Shown here: one piece after another, positions 16,476 through 30,679 of the stretch
How positions within the stretch are numbered: the stretch's first letter is position 1
Layout of the letters: each line of letters starts with the position of its first letter
Assembly: GCA_964016885.1 (NCBI GenBank)
Contig: CAXHJY010000909.1
Coordinates: 1-40,108 of the forward strand
DNA length: 40,108 nt
Source of the DNA: Eledone cirrhosa
Taxonomy: Eukaryota
Direction of reading: 5' to 3'
Notes under the pieces: generated by a model
What the model was told of the DNA's origin: nothing
Database searches by the model: none
The model's input: only the letters and a program-made list of their open reading frames with translations
Position numbers and translations under genes: made by a program

Positions 16476-18393
16476 TATCTAGGACTACATTATCTAATGT
16501 ACAGTACAGTAGTTAGTATTAGTAGCTATCAGACATAGTATATCTAGGACTACCTTATCTAATGTACAGTACAGTAGTTAGTATTAGTGGCTATCAGACA
16601 TAGTGTACCTAGGTCTACATTATCTAATGTACAGTACAGTAGTTAGTATTAGTGGCTATCAGACATAGTATATCTAGGACTACACTATCTAATGTACAGT
16701 ACAGTAGTTAGTATTAGTGGCTATCAGACATAGTATACCTAGGACTACATTATCTAATGTACAGTACAGTAGTTAGTATTAGTGGCTATCAGACATAGTG
16801 TATCTAGGACTACATTATCTAATGTACAGTACAGTAGTTAGTATTAGTGGCTATCAGACATAGTGTATCTAGGACTACATTATCTAATGTACAGTACAGT
16901 AGTTAGTATTAGTGGTTATCAGACATAGTATATCTAGGACTACATTATCTAATGTACAGTACAGTAGTTAGTATTAGTGGCTATCAGAAATAGTATATCT
17001 AGGACTACATTATCTAATGTACAGTACAGTAGTTAGTATTAGTGGCTATCAGACATAGTGTATCTAGGACTACATTATCTAATGTACAGTACAGTAGTTA
17101 GTATTAGTAGCTATCAGACATAGTATATCTAGGACTACATTATCTAATGTACAGTACAGTAGTTAGTATTAGTGGCTATCAGACATAGTGTATCTAGGAC
17201 TACATTATCTAATGTACAGTACAGTAGTTAGTATTAGTGGCTATCAGACATAGTGTATCTAGGACTACATTATCTAATGTACAGTACAGTAGTTAGTATT
17301 AGTAGCTATCAGACATAGTATATCTAGGACTACATTATCTAATGTACAGTACAGTAGTTAGTATTAGTGGCTATCAGACATAGTATATCTAGGACTACAT
17401 TATCTAATGTACAGTACAGTAGTTAGTATTAGTGGCTATCAGACATAGTGTATCTAGGACTACATTATCTAATGTACAGTACAGTAGTTAGTATTAGTAG
17501 CTATCAGACATAGTATATCTAGGACTACATTATCTAATGTACAGTACAGTAGTTAGTATTAGTGGCTATCAGACATAGTGTATCTAGGACTACATTATCT
17601 AATGTACAGTACAGTAGTTAGTATTAGTAGCTATCAGACATAGTATATCTAGGACTACATTATCTAATGTACAGTACAGTAGTTAGTATTAGTGGCTATC
17701 AGACATAGTATATCTAGGACTACATTATCTAATGTACAGTACAGTAGTTAGTATTAGTGGCTATCAGACATAGTGTATCTAGGACTACATTATCTAATGT
17801 ACAGTACAGTAGTTAGTATTAGTAGCTATCAGACATAGTGTATCTAGGACTACATTATATAATGTACAGTACAGTAGTTAGTATTAGTGGCTATCAGACA
17901 TAGTGTATCTAGGACTACATTATCTAATGTACAGTACAGTAGTTAGTATTAGTGGCTATCAGACATAGTGTATCTAGGACTACATTATCTAATGTACAGT
18001 ACAGTAGTTAGTATTAGTGGCTATCAGACATAGTATATCTAGGACTACATTATCTAATGTACAGTACAGTAGTTAGTATTAGTGGCTATCAGACATAGTA
18101 TATCTAGGACTACATTATCTAATGTACAGTACAGTAGTTAGTATTAGTGGCTATCAGACATAGTGTATCTAGGACTACATTATCTAATGTACAGTACAGC
18201 AGTTAGTATTAGTGGCTATCAGACATAGTGTACCTAGGACTACATTATCTAATGTACAGTACAGTAGTTAGTATTAGTGGCTATCAGACATAGTATATCT
18301 AGGACTACATTATCTAATGTACAGTATAGTAGTTAGTATTAGTGGCTATCAGACATAGTGTATCTAGGACTACATTATCTAATGTACAGTACA
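16476..18393. repeat. 65-bp tandem satellite, ~29.5 units
   Basis: Unit TATCTAGGACTACATTATCTAATGTACAGTACAGTAGTTAGTATTAGTRGCTATCAGACATAGTR. Confidence 0.97.
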
Positions 18394-18438
18394 GCAGTGG
18401 TGTGGTATAGTATAGTGTAGTGGTGGTAGTACAGTGTA

Positions 18439-18484
<46 letters not shown>

Positions 18485-18558
18485 CAGTAGTAGTAGTAGT
18501 AGTAGTAGTAGTAGCAGTAGTAGTAGTAGCAGTAGTAGTAGTAGCAGCAGCAGTAGTA
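18394..18558. repeat. (GTA)n/(GCA)n trinucleotide repeat
   Basis: Direct reading. Confidence 0.93.
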
Positions 18559-18614
18559 TGTGAATAAGTTATAACTATTGTCTAACAAATGACCAACAAA
18601 CCGTATTGATGTCA

Positions 18615-18766
18615 CTTCTCCCCCTGTCACTCTCACCCCCCCCTCTCTCTCCCTCCCACTCTCTCTTTCTCTCTCTCTTTTACACTCATTCTCTTTCTCT
18701 CTCAAACTCTCTCTCTCTCTGCCTGTCTTTTACACACATTCTCTCTCTCTGTCTCTCTTTTACACA

Positions 18767-18799
<33 letters not shown>

Positions 18800-19170
18800 A
18801 CGTACTCTCTCTGTCTCTCTTTTACACACTCTCTCTCTCTCTCTGTTTCACTCTGTCTCCCCCCTATCCCCTATGTTACTCCCTCACCCCCTCCTCTCTC
18901 TTTCTCTCTCTCTCTCTTTTACACTCACTCTCTCTCCCCCTCTCTATTACACTCACTCTCTCTCTCTCTATCTCTCTCTGTCACTTTAACAAATAAAACT
19001 CTCTCTCCCTCTCTTACTGTCTCTCACACTCACTCTCTCTCCCTCTCTCTTACTGTCTCACACACTCACTCTCTCTATGTCTCTCACACTCACTCTCTCT
19101 CCCTCTCTTACTGTCTCACACACTCACTCTCTCTCCCTCTCTCTTACTGTCACTCCCCCCCCCCCCCTCC
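18615..19170. repeat. (CT)n polypyrimidine tract with ~36-bp sub-repeats
   Basis: Direct reading. Confidence 0.9.
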
Positions 19171-19305
19171 ACCAATCACTCTACAACATAGATCACTGTT
19201 ACGACATACTTCAATGATTTTTATTGACTAAAGATCAATAGCAGATGATTGGGAAAAATGGTCACTACCCCCCCCCCCCCCTCTTCTCTTCCATGTCATT
19301 GTTGG

Positions 19306-19326
19306 TATATATATATATATATATAA

Positions 19327-19374
<48 letters not shown>

Positions 19375-19389
19375 GTATATATATATAAG

Positions 19390-19422
<33 letters not shown>

Positions 19423-19488
19423 GTATGTATATATATACATGTATGTATATATATACATGTATATATATATATACATGTATGTATATAT

Positions 19489-19535
<47 letters not shown>

Positions 19536-19602
19536 CATATATATATATATATACTTATATATTTTTATATACATATATATATATATATATACATATATAT
19601 AC

Positions 19603-19639
<37 letters not shown>

Positions 19640-19661
19640 CATATATATACATACATATATA

Positions 19662-19721
<60 letters not shown>

Positions 19722-19752
19722 CATACATGTATATATATACATACATGTATAT

Positions 19753-19795
<43 letters not shown>

Positions 19796-19879
19796 TATAT
19801 ATATATATAGATAGATATATATATATCAGTGCGTATGTATATATGTATATATAATGATATATATATATACATATATGTG

Positions 19880-19911
<32 letters not shown>

Positions 19912-20064
19912 AACAATAATTTCATATCTACTCCCATCAGAAATTCCACTAATATAAAGGGACATTTGAAAATAAAATCAAGCTATTTATTGAATTAAAT
20001 ATAATATAATATAGAAATGTGTATATATATATATATATTTATATATATATGTATATATACATAC

Positions 20065-20098
<34 letters not shown>

Positions 20099-20176
20099 CA
20101 TCATCATTTTACATCAGCCTTTCCCTGCTTGTATGTCTCTTTGGATTAAATGTATCATTGAATATATAAGATTAAA

Positions 20177-20245
<69 letters not shown>
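19306..20245. repeat. (TA)n microsatellite field, including a degraded solo SINE tail at 20097-20133
   Basis: Direct reading. Confidence 0.9.
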
Positions 20246-20246
<1 letters not shown>

Positions 20247-22046
20247 CATCATCATCACCGTTTTACGTCCGTTCTTCCACTCTAGCATGGGTTAGACGGG
20301 TTGTCCTGTTGTGGGCAGTGTCCAGTCGGCTGACCTTGTCTTGCTCATACGGGAACTGATTCTGGCTTGATTTCTACAGCTGGATGCGCTTCCTAACACC
20401 AACCTCATTTACAGTGAGGGCTGGGTGCTTTTTTTTGTCGTGGCACCTCCACGACCACTTTACAGTGTGGGCTGGGTGCTTTTTTGCTGTGGCACCTCCA
20501 CGACCACTTTACAGTGAGTACTGGGTGCTTTTTTGCCGTGGCACCTCCACGACCACTTTACAGTGAGTGCTGGGTGCTTTTTTATCGTGGCACCTCCACG
20601 GCCACTTTGCAGTGAGTGCTGGGTGCTTTTTTGCTGTGGCACCTCCACGACCACTTTACAGTGAGTGCTGGGTGCTTTTTTGCCGTGGCACCTCCACGAC
20701 CACTTTACAGTGAGTGCTGGGTGCTTTTTTGCCGTGGCACCTCCACGACCACTTTACAGTGAGTGCTGGGTGCTTTTTTGCCGTGGCATCTCCACGACCA
20801 CTTTACAGTGAGTGCTGAGTGCTTTTTTGCCGTGGCACCTCCACGACCACTTTACAGTGAGTGCTGGGTGCTTTTTTGCCGTGGCACCTCCACGACCACT
20901 TTACAGTGAGTGATGGGTGCTTTTTTGCCGTGGCACCTCCACGACCACTTTACAGTGAGTGCTGGGTGCTTTTTTGCTGTGGTACCTCCACGACCACTTT
21001 ACAGTGAGTGCTGGGTGCTTTTTTGCTGTGGCACCTCCACGACCACTTTACAGTGAGTGCTGGGTGCTTTTTTGCCGTGGCACCTCCACGACCTCTTTAC
21101 AGTGAGTGCTGGGTGCTTTTTTGCCGTGGCACCTCCACGACCACTTTACAGTGAGTGCTGGGTGCTTTTTTGCCGTGGCACCTCCACGACCACTTTACAG
21201 TGAGTGCTGGGTGCTTTTTTGCCGTGGCACCTCCACGACCACTTTACAGTGAGTGCTGGGTGCTTTTTTGCCGTGGCACCTCCACGACCACTTTACAGTG
21301 AGTGCTGGGTGCTTTTTTGCTGTGGTACTTCCACGACCACTTTACAGTGAGTGCTGGGTGCTTTTTTGCTGTGGCACCTCCACGACCACTTTACAGTGAG
21401 TGCTGGGTGCTTTTTTGCCGTGGCACCTCCACGACCACTTTACAGTGAGTGCTGGGTGCTTTTTTGCTGTGGTACCTCCACGACCACTTTACAGTGAGTG
21501 CTGGGTGCTTTTTTGCTGTGGCACCTCCACGGCCACTTTACAGTGAGTGCTGGGTGCTTTTTTGCCGTGGCACCTCCACGACCACTTTACAGTGAGTGCT
21601 GGGTGCTTTTTTGCCGTGGCACCTCCACGACCACTTTACAGTGAGTGCTGGGTGCTTTTTTGCCGTGGCACCTCCACGTCCACTTTACAGTGAGTGCTGG
21701 GTGCTTTTTTGCCGTGGCACCTCCACGACCACTTTACAGTGAGTGCTGGGTGCTTTTTTGCCGTGGCACCTCCACGTCCACTTTACAGTGTGGGCTGGGT
21801 GCTTTTTTGCCGTGGCACCTCCACGACCACTTTACAGTGAGTGCTGGGTGCTTTTTTGCTGTTGCACCTCCACGACCACTTTGCAGTGGAATGATAGGGA
21901 CCCCAGTCCCTATCATCTCATTTCTACAGCTGAGTAAACTGGAGCAATGTGAAATAAAGTGTCTTGCTCAAGGAAACAGCACATCACCCGGTCCGAGAAT
22001 TGAACTCACAACCTTTTGATTGCAAGCCCAATGCTCTAACCACTAA
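20246..22046 (-). mobile_element. tRNA/CORE-type SINE with ~30 x 49-bp repeats, tail type A
   Basis: Reverse complement of the 29877 element; array 20410-21882; head truncated within the A box. Confidence 0.92.
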
Positions 22047-22049
22047 TAT

Positions 22050-22103
22050 ATCATCATCTCATCATCATGTTTGATTAACGTCCATCTTCCACGCTAGCAT
22101 GGG
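22050..22103 (-). mobile_element. Solo SINE/LINE 3' tail
   Basis: Reverse complement CCCATGCTAGCGTGGAAGATGGACGTTAA...(TGA)n. Confidence 0.75.
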
Positions 22104-22126
22104 TATATATGTATATATGTATGAAA

Positions 22127-22827
22127 ACTCTGATATAACACCATCAACCCTGATGGTATCCAATGATAAAAGAGCTCTTAAGAGTCAATGGCCATCCAAA
22201 ATCACCGGGAGAGATGACCCCTCAGCCTTTGTCAAGGCAGAATTCTAGGAGAAGGAAGACTCTGATATAACACCTGCAACCCTGATGGTATCCAATGATA
22301 AAGGAGCTCTTAAGAGTCAATGGCCATCCAAAATCACCAGGAGAGATGACCCCTCAGCCTTTGTCAAGGCAGAATTCTAGGAGAAGGAACACTCTGATAT
22401 AACACCTGCAACCCTGATGGTATCCAATGATAAAGGAGCTCTTAAGAGTCAATGGCCATCCAAAATCACCAGGAGAGATGACCCCTCAGCCTTTGTCAAG
22501 GCAGAACTCTAGGAGAAGGAAGACTCTGATATAACACCTGCAACCCTGATGGTATCCAATGATAAAGGAGCTCTTAAGAGTCAATGGCCATCCAAAATCA
22601 CCAGGAGAGATGACCCCTTAGCCTTTGTCAAGGCAGAATTCTAGGAGAAGGAAGACTCTGATATAACACCTGCAACCCTGATGGTATCCAATGATAAAGG
22701 AGCTCTTAAGAGTCAATGGCCATCCAAAATCACCAGGAGAGATGACCCCTTAGCCTTTGTCAAGGCAGAATTCTAGGAGAAGGAAGATTCTGATATAACA
22801 CCTGCAACCCTGATGGTATCCAATGAT
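22127..22827. repeat. 132-bp tandem array, 5.3 units, probably from an RTE-type 5' region
   Basis: Units start at 22127, 22259, 22391, 22523, 22655, 22787; CTAGGAGAAGGAAGACTCTGAT resembles RTE-clade 5' UTRs (from recall). Confidence 0.9.
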
Positions 22828-23145
22828 GTTGACTTGTTCTTCTTTTTGGTAAATATCATCTTGGTTAAGAGAGTGGGACTGGCTTTGTGCAGTGCCTTTG
22901 CTCACTATAAAAGCTTCACGGCACAGGCATTGCTTTATATCTGGAGATCTCTCTGCACTTGTCATCACATGGTGCCATGGGCCCAGCACTGTGTCAATAA
23001 TTGTCACAAGTGTAGTGTTTGTACCAGAGTTTTCAAGTCGCTGGCTGGACTAAAAAGTCACACTCGTTCAGCGCATCGGTAGGGGTTCTCCTACATGGAT
23101 ATAAAGTAGTGGCCGTACTCGAAAACGAGTTGGCAGCCACCATAT
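22828..23145 (+). mobile_element. RTE-clade-derived 3' end with terminal C2H2 finger remnant and 3' stem-loop
   Basis: 23005-23082 encodes HKCSVCTRVFKSLAGLKSHTRSAHR*; hairpin ACTCG-AAAA-CGAGT (23117-23130) inside GTGGC/GCCAC, then (TA)n; 22927-22969 recurs at 40066-40108. Confidence 0.65.
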
Positions 23146-23152
23146 ATACATA

Positions 23153-23206
<54 letters not shown>

Positions 23207-23445
23207 TATATATATAGGAAAATGTTTAACCCTGACGGCTGGTGGTGGTGGTGGTGGTGTAGAATTGTGGTGGTGTGGTGTAGAGTTGTGGTGGTGTGAT
23301 GTGGTCTCGTGATGTAGGGGTGTGGTGGTGGTGTAGTGGTGTAGTGGTGGTGGTATAGTGTGGTCACGTGCTGTAAACTTGATTTTACAGCAATTTCATT
23401 GAAGACTTTCACGAGGTATTAAATGTCTTGACAATCATATCATGT

Positions 23446-24312
<867 letters not shown>

Positions 24313-24455
24313 TTTAAAAGTTAAACAAGGTTCAATGAATAAATCAAAGAATGAGTTTTACAATAGATTGGAAGCACTCAACAGTTAAAAGGTTTTCCAG
24401 AGTTATTAATATTAATTCAAAATATTAACAAAATAGACATTCGTGTGATCAGGTA

Positions 24456-24522
24456 TATTTTATTATACATATTTCAGAGGTACTGAGCTATCTTCAACAG
24501 TACGTCCTCATCAGATAAAATA
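24456..24522 (-). ncRNA. Type I hammerhead motif (left arm of palindrome)
   Basis: Exact reverse complement of 24624-24690. Confidence 0.78.
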
Positions 24523-24623
24523 AGGTGCATGACATACCCTGACTTAGTAGATGGTTAAGCTTCAGTCATGGTAGTAATGACTGAATCTTAACCATCTACT
24601 ATGTCAGGGTATGTCATACATCA

Positions 24624-24690
24624 TATTTTATCTGATGAGGACGTACTGTTGAAGATAGCTCAGTACCTCTGAAATATGTATAATAAAATA
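24624..24690 (+). ncRNA. Type I hammerhead motif (right arm of palindrome)
   Basis: 8-bp stem I UAUUUUAU/AUAAAAUA; CUGAUGA 24632-24638; stem II GGA-C-GUACUG/CAGUAC-C-UCU, 12-nt loop; GAAA 24671-24674; stem III AUA-UG-UAU; AUA cleavage after 24682; overlapping AATAAA. Confidence 0.78.
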
Positions 24691-24724
24691 TACCTGATCA
24701 CACGAATGTCTATTTTGTTAATAT

Positions 24725-24735
24725 ATATATATATA

Positions 24736-24826
<91 letters not shown>

Positions 24827-24863
24827 CATATATATATATATACATACATATATATATATATAT

Positions 24864-24908
<45 letters not shown>

Positions 24909-24988
24909 GTGTATATCTGGTTATTCAATATAGCTATTATATATAATTTCCATCTGATATTGCAGGTGATATATATATACATATACAT

Positions 24989-25021
<33 letters not shown>

Positions 25022-25078
25022 CATATATACATACATATATATACATATATACATACATATATATACATATATACATAC

Positions 25079-25149
<71 letters not shown>

Positions 25150-25287
25150 TATATACATATATGTATATACATATATATTCATATATTATTTTGCATTCAA
25201 AATATATACACCTGAATTCAATGCATTTGAATGCATATTACCTTTACGTAATTTACATTGTGAAAAAAGATATAAGTGTATATATAC

Positions 25288-25332
<45 letters not shown>

Positions 25333-25434
25333 TATCTTTCATCTATAAATACAGGTGTTATCATTCAATAGGTAATTATATATATATATATATATATATA
25401 CATATATATATACATACATATATATATATATATA

Positions 25435-25483
<49 letters not shown>

Positions 25484-25770
25484 TTATAATCACTGATAAA
25501 AAATTTGATATATATTAAATTATCTGAAACCTTATGTAATTATATTGCATGACAAAGCATGTACACACATATATATATATATATATACATATATACATAT
25601 ATATATGTATATATATATGTATATATATACACATATATACATTTATATATATATATGCTTCAGAGGGTGTCTCTCTATATATATATACATATATATGTAA
25701 GTGTGGAAGTGAATGCGTGCATATATATATATATAATGTTAGTGTGTATATGTATATATATGTATATATG

Positions 25771-25801
<31 letters not shown>

Positions 25802-25900
25802 CTGTGTATGTGTGAGTATGTGTCTGTATGTGTGTATATATATATATATATATGACTGTGTGTGGAAATATATATATATGGGTGTGTATATTTGTGTGTG

Positions 25901-25937
<37 letters not shown>

Positions 25938-26506
25938 GTATGTATGTGTATGTGTATATATATGTGAGTGTGTATATATATATATATATATGTGTGTGTA
26001 TATTTGTGTGTGTATATATATATACATGTGTGTGTGTATATATATATATATGAGTGTGTGTGTGTGTAAAAAAATCAGTTTTATATAAATAAACTCATAA
26101 TTTTCATTTTTTTTCCTTCTATTCAATATTGAAAAGTACAGACGTGTGTATATATATATGTGTGTGTGTATATATGTGTATATATATATATGTGTGTATA
26201 TATATGTGTGTATATATATATTAGTGTGTGTATATATGTGTATATATATATATGTGTGTATATATATGTGTGTATATATATATGTGTATATATATGTGTG
26301 TATATATGTGTGTGCATATATGTGTGTATATGTGTGTGTGTATATATGTGTGTGTATATATGTGTTTATATATATTTGTGTGTATATGTGTGTATATATA
26401 TGTATGTTTGTATATATGTATGAATATATATGTGTGTATATATGTGTGAATATATATGTGTGTATATATGTGTGTGTGAGAGAATGTGTAATATATATAT
26501 ATATAT
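24725..26506. repeat. (TA)n/(TG)n microsatellite field with short unique islands
   Basis: Direct reading. Confidence 0.9.
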
Positions 26507-27202
26507 ATCATCATCATCATCATCATCACCGTTTTACGTCCGTTCTTCCACGCTAGCATGGGTTAGACGGGTTGTCCTGTTGTGGGCAGTGTCCGGTCGG
26601 CTGACCTTGTCTTGCTCATACGGGAACTGATTCTGGCTTGATTTCTACAGCTGGATGCCCTTCCTAACACCAACCTCATTTACAGTGAGTGCTGGGTGCT
26701 TTTTTGCCGTGGCACCTCCACGACCACTTTACAGTGAGTGCTGGGTGCTTTTTTGCCGTGGCACCTCCACGACCACTTTACAGTGAGTGCTGGGTGCTTT
26801 TTTGCCGTGGCACCTCCACGACCACTTTACAGTGAGTGCTGGGTGCTTTTTTGCCGTGGCACCTCCACGACCACTTTACAGTGAGTGCTGGGTGCTTTTT
26901 TGCCGTGGCACCTCCACGACCACTTTACAGTGAGTGCTGGGTGCTTTTTTTGCCGTGGCACCTCCACGACCACTTTACAGTGAGTGCTGGGTGCTTTTTT
27001 TGCCGTGGCACCTCCACGACCACTTTACAGTGGAATGATAGGGACCCCAGTCCCTATCATCTCATTTCTACAGCTGAGTAAACTGGAGCAATGTGAAATA
27101 AAGTGTCTTGCTCAAGGAAACAACACATCACCCGGTCTGAGAATTGAACTCACAACCTTTCGATTGCAAGGCCAATGCTCTAACCACTAAGCCATGTGCC
27201 TC
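26507..27202 (-). mobile_element. Full-length tRNA/CORE-type SINE with 7 x 49-bp repeats, tail type A
   Basis: A/B boxes, CORE-like block, hairpin, array 26681-27026, (TGA)n tail. Confidence 0.93.
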
Positions 27203-27203
27203 T

Positions 27204-27235
27204 GCGGAAGATGGACGTTAAACGAAGATGATGAT
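27204..27235 (+). mobile_element. Solo 3' tail abutting the SINE head in opposite orientation
   Basis: GCGGAAGATGGACGTTAAACGAAGATGATGAT. Confidence 0.7.
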
Positions 27236-27274
27236 ATATATATATATATATATACATGTATGTATATATATATT

Positions 27275-27341
<67 letters not shown>

Positions 27342-27673
27342 ACATATATATATATATGTATGTATGTATACATATATAGTATACATATATATATATATAT
27401 GTATACTATATATTTATCTATCCATCTATCTATATCAATCTGTATATATATATATGTATATTTATATATACACATATATTTATATATGTGTATATATAAA
27501 TATATATATATACATATATATATTTGTATATATATATATATATACAAATATATACATATATACATATATACATACAAATATATATATGTATGTATACATA
27601 TATATTTATATATACATATATATATATATATATGAATACATATATATATATATACATACACACACACACACCC

Positions 27674-27709
<36 letters not shown>

Positions 27710-27725
27710 ATATATACACACACAT

Positions 27726-27757
<32 letters not shown>

Positions 27758-27788
27758 GAATACATATATTTATACATACACACACACA

Positions 27789-27842
<54 letters not shown>

Positions 27843-28260
27843 CACGTGTCTGTAAATATAGACAGAGAGAGGGAGATTTATGACCCCCTCCCTACCATAA
27901 CATGTAATCAACTAATGGAAGTAGACAGATTTTGACCTCTGACCTCTGACCAAGTCTGGACAGTGGCCAAAGACTCCACATTAATGTCAGATGCTGGACA
28001 TATCTCTATCAATCTATATACACTATATATACTGTATATATAGTGTATATATAGTATATATAGTGTATATATAGTGTATATATAGTATATGTAGTATATA
28101 TAGTATATATATAGTGTATATATAGTGTATATATAGTATATATATAGTATATAGTGTATATATAGTATATATACTATATATACTGTATATATAGTGTATA
28201 TATAGTATATATACACTATATATAGTGTATATAGTATATATAGTATATATACTATATATA

Positions 28261-28297
<37 letters not shown>

Positions 28298-28347
28298 TAT
28301 ATATATGTATGTATGTATGTATGTAAGTATGTATGTAAGTATGTATG

Positions 28348-28389
<42 letters not shown>

Positions 28390-28561
28390 TATGTATATAT
28401 ATAGTGTATATATAGAGTATATATATATATATAGTGTATATATAGAGTATATATATATATATCTATATCACATCTATATATACTATATATGCTGTATACA
28501 TAGTGTATACATAGTGTATATATATATCTATATCTATATCAATCTATATATATACTATATA

Positions 28562-28607
<46 letters not shown>

Positions 28608-28660
28608 TATACACATATATAGTGTATAAACACACACACACATGTCTATATACACACAGT

Positions 28661-28692
<32 letters not shown>

Positions 28693-28867
28693 TAGCTATA
28701 TATCATGTTTTGTCAGTGATGTAATCAATAAGAAAGTAGACATTTATGGGCACCTTTTGTATATATGTATATATATATATATATACATATATACACACAC
28801 ATATATATATACATATATACACATATATATATATATACATATATACACATACATATATATACATATG

Positions 28868-28951
<84 letters not shown>

Positions 28952-29053
28952 TATACATACATGAATAGCTATATATACTGTTGTTTACAATCTTTATAGA
29001 CATCCAATCCGTTCTCTTGTGTATATAACAATTACCTTACATACATATATATG

Positions 29054-29108
<55 letters not shown>

Positions 29109-29110
29109 AT

Positions 29111-29141
<31 letters not shown>

Positions 29142-29144
29142 CAC

Positions 29145-29187
<43 letters not shown>

Positions 29188-29280
29188 CATATATATATAT
29201 ACATATTTATACACATATATATATACATATATATATACATATATATATATACACATATATATATATATATATATATTTAC

Positions 29281-29359
<79 letters not shown>

Positions 29360-29430
29360 TATATATATATATATGTATACATACATATATATATACACAC
29401 ATATATATATATATATATATATACATACAC

Positions 29431-29471
<41 letters not shown>

Positions 29472-29476
29472 TACAC
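27236..29476. repeat. (TA)n microsatellite field with short unique islands
   Basis: Direct reading. Confidence 0.9.
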
Positions 29477-29876
29477 ACTGGAATAATGGCAGGTGTGTGT
29501 GATGTCAATATTATGTTTGTCGAAGTAGTTTGGGCTATTTTTAGCTGAAATATCAGCAATAAGAATGTTTTTCACAACGAAAGGTTGCGAGGACTTTTCA
29601 CTTGTGTTAAGGACATGAAAAATACACCCAGTACGCTCTGTAAAATACGCCCAGTTCACTCTATAAAGTGGTAGTCTTGGTGTCATGATAAAATATGCCC
29701 AGTCCTGCTAAAAAGATGTAAGCGTGCCTTAGCAAGTCCACTGATGACCCTCTTCAGAAGTTCCCAAAATAGAAAAACAACGAAAAAAAACAACAAACTG
29801 AAGAAAATATATTTATATATATATATATATATATATATAAGGATATATATATATATATATATAGGGATATATATAT

Positions 29877-30653
29877 GGAGGCACATGGCTGAGTGGTTAG
29901 AGCATTGGCCTTGCAATCGAAAGGTTGTGAGTTCAATTCTCAGACCGGGTGGTGTGTTGTTTCCTTGAGCAAGACACTTTATTTCACATTGCTCCCGTTT
30001 ACTCAGCTGTAAAAATGAGATGATAGGGACTGGGGTCCCTATCATTCCACTGTAAAGTGGTCGTGGAGGTGCCACGGCAAAAAAGCACCCAGCCCTCACT
30101 GTAAAGTGGTCGTGGAGGTGCCACGGCAAAAAAGCACCCAGCACTCACTGTAAAGTGGTCGTGGAGGTGCCACGGCAAAAAAGCACCCAGCACTCACTGT
30201 AAAGTGGTCGTGGAGGTGCCACGGCAAAAAAGCACCCAGCACTCACTGTAAAGTGGACGTGGAGGTGCCACAGCAAAAAAGCACCCAGCACTCACTGTAA
30301 AGTGGTCGTGGAGGTGCCACGGCAAAAAAGCACCCAGCACTCACTGTAAAGTGGTCGTGGAGGTGCCACAGCAAAAAAGCACCCAGCACTCACTGTAAAG
30401 TGGTCGTGGAGGTGCCACGGCAAAAAAGCACCCAGCCCTCACTGTAAAGTGGTCGTGGAGGTGCCACGGCAAAAAAGCACCCAGCACACACTGTAAAGTG
30501 GTCGTGGAGGTGCCACGGCAAAAAAGCACCCAGCACTCACTGTAAATGAGGTTGGTGTTAGGAAGGGCATCCAGCTGTAGAAATCAAGCCAGAATCAGTT
30601 CCCGTCCCACCCTTGTAAACAGGGAAAAGTGGACGTAAAATGATGATGTTGAT
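29877..30653 (+). mobile_element. Full-length tRNA-derived CORE-type SINE with 10 x 49-bp repeats, tail type B
   Basis: A box TGGCTGAGTGG 29886-29896; B box GTTCAATTC 29931-29939; CORE-like CCTTGAGCAAGACACTTT...CAGCTGTAAAAATGAG; 11-bp hairpin 30020-30045; array 30048-30537; tail GGAAAAGTGGACGTAAAA(TGA)n; (TA)n on both sides. Confidence 0.93.
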
Positions 30654-30679
30654 ATATATATATATATATATATATAGTA

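Larger units (their letters stand above)
24422..24724. repeat. 303-bp palindrome: 148-bp arms, 7-nt spacer, 5 mismatches; likely inverted Penelope-like pLTR pair
   Basis: 24422-24569 is the reverse complement of 24577-24724; spacer GGTAGTA. Confidence 0.95.

Noticed and set aside
19210-19227. Possible 18-nt minus-strand microexon (TTTAG|TCAATAAAAATCATTGAA|GTATGT)
   Set aside because: Splice-like signals alone are expected by chance; no supporting gene model
20410-21882. CRISPR-like appearance of the 49-bp arrays (also 10232, 26681, 30048, 39631)
   Set aside because: Units are contiguous with no unique spacers, no cas genes, and lie inside a eukaryotic SINE
22813-23082. Host C2H2 zinc-finger gene
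   Set aside because: Single finger with no TGEKP linkers, followed by a retroelement-type 3' hairpin; upstream part is repeated at 40066
27908-28010. Protein-like minus frame LIEICPASDINVESLATVQTW
   Set aside because: No convincing splice sites or recognised homology
29741-29760. CTGATGA (plus) and CTGAAGA (minus) hammerhead-like cores
   Set aside because: No stem II followed by GAAA-stem III-NUH, and no stem I; nearby 29615-29705 looks like decayed SINE units
29877-29950. tRNA gene (also the heads near 27200, 22040 and 39950)
   Set aside because: A/B boxes are present, but acceptor and anticodon stems pair poorly and the sequence runs into a SINE body
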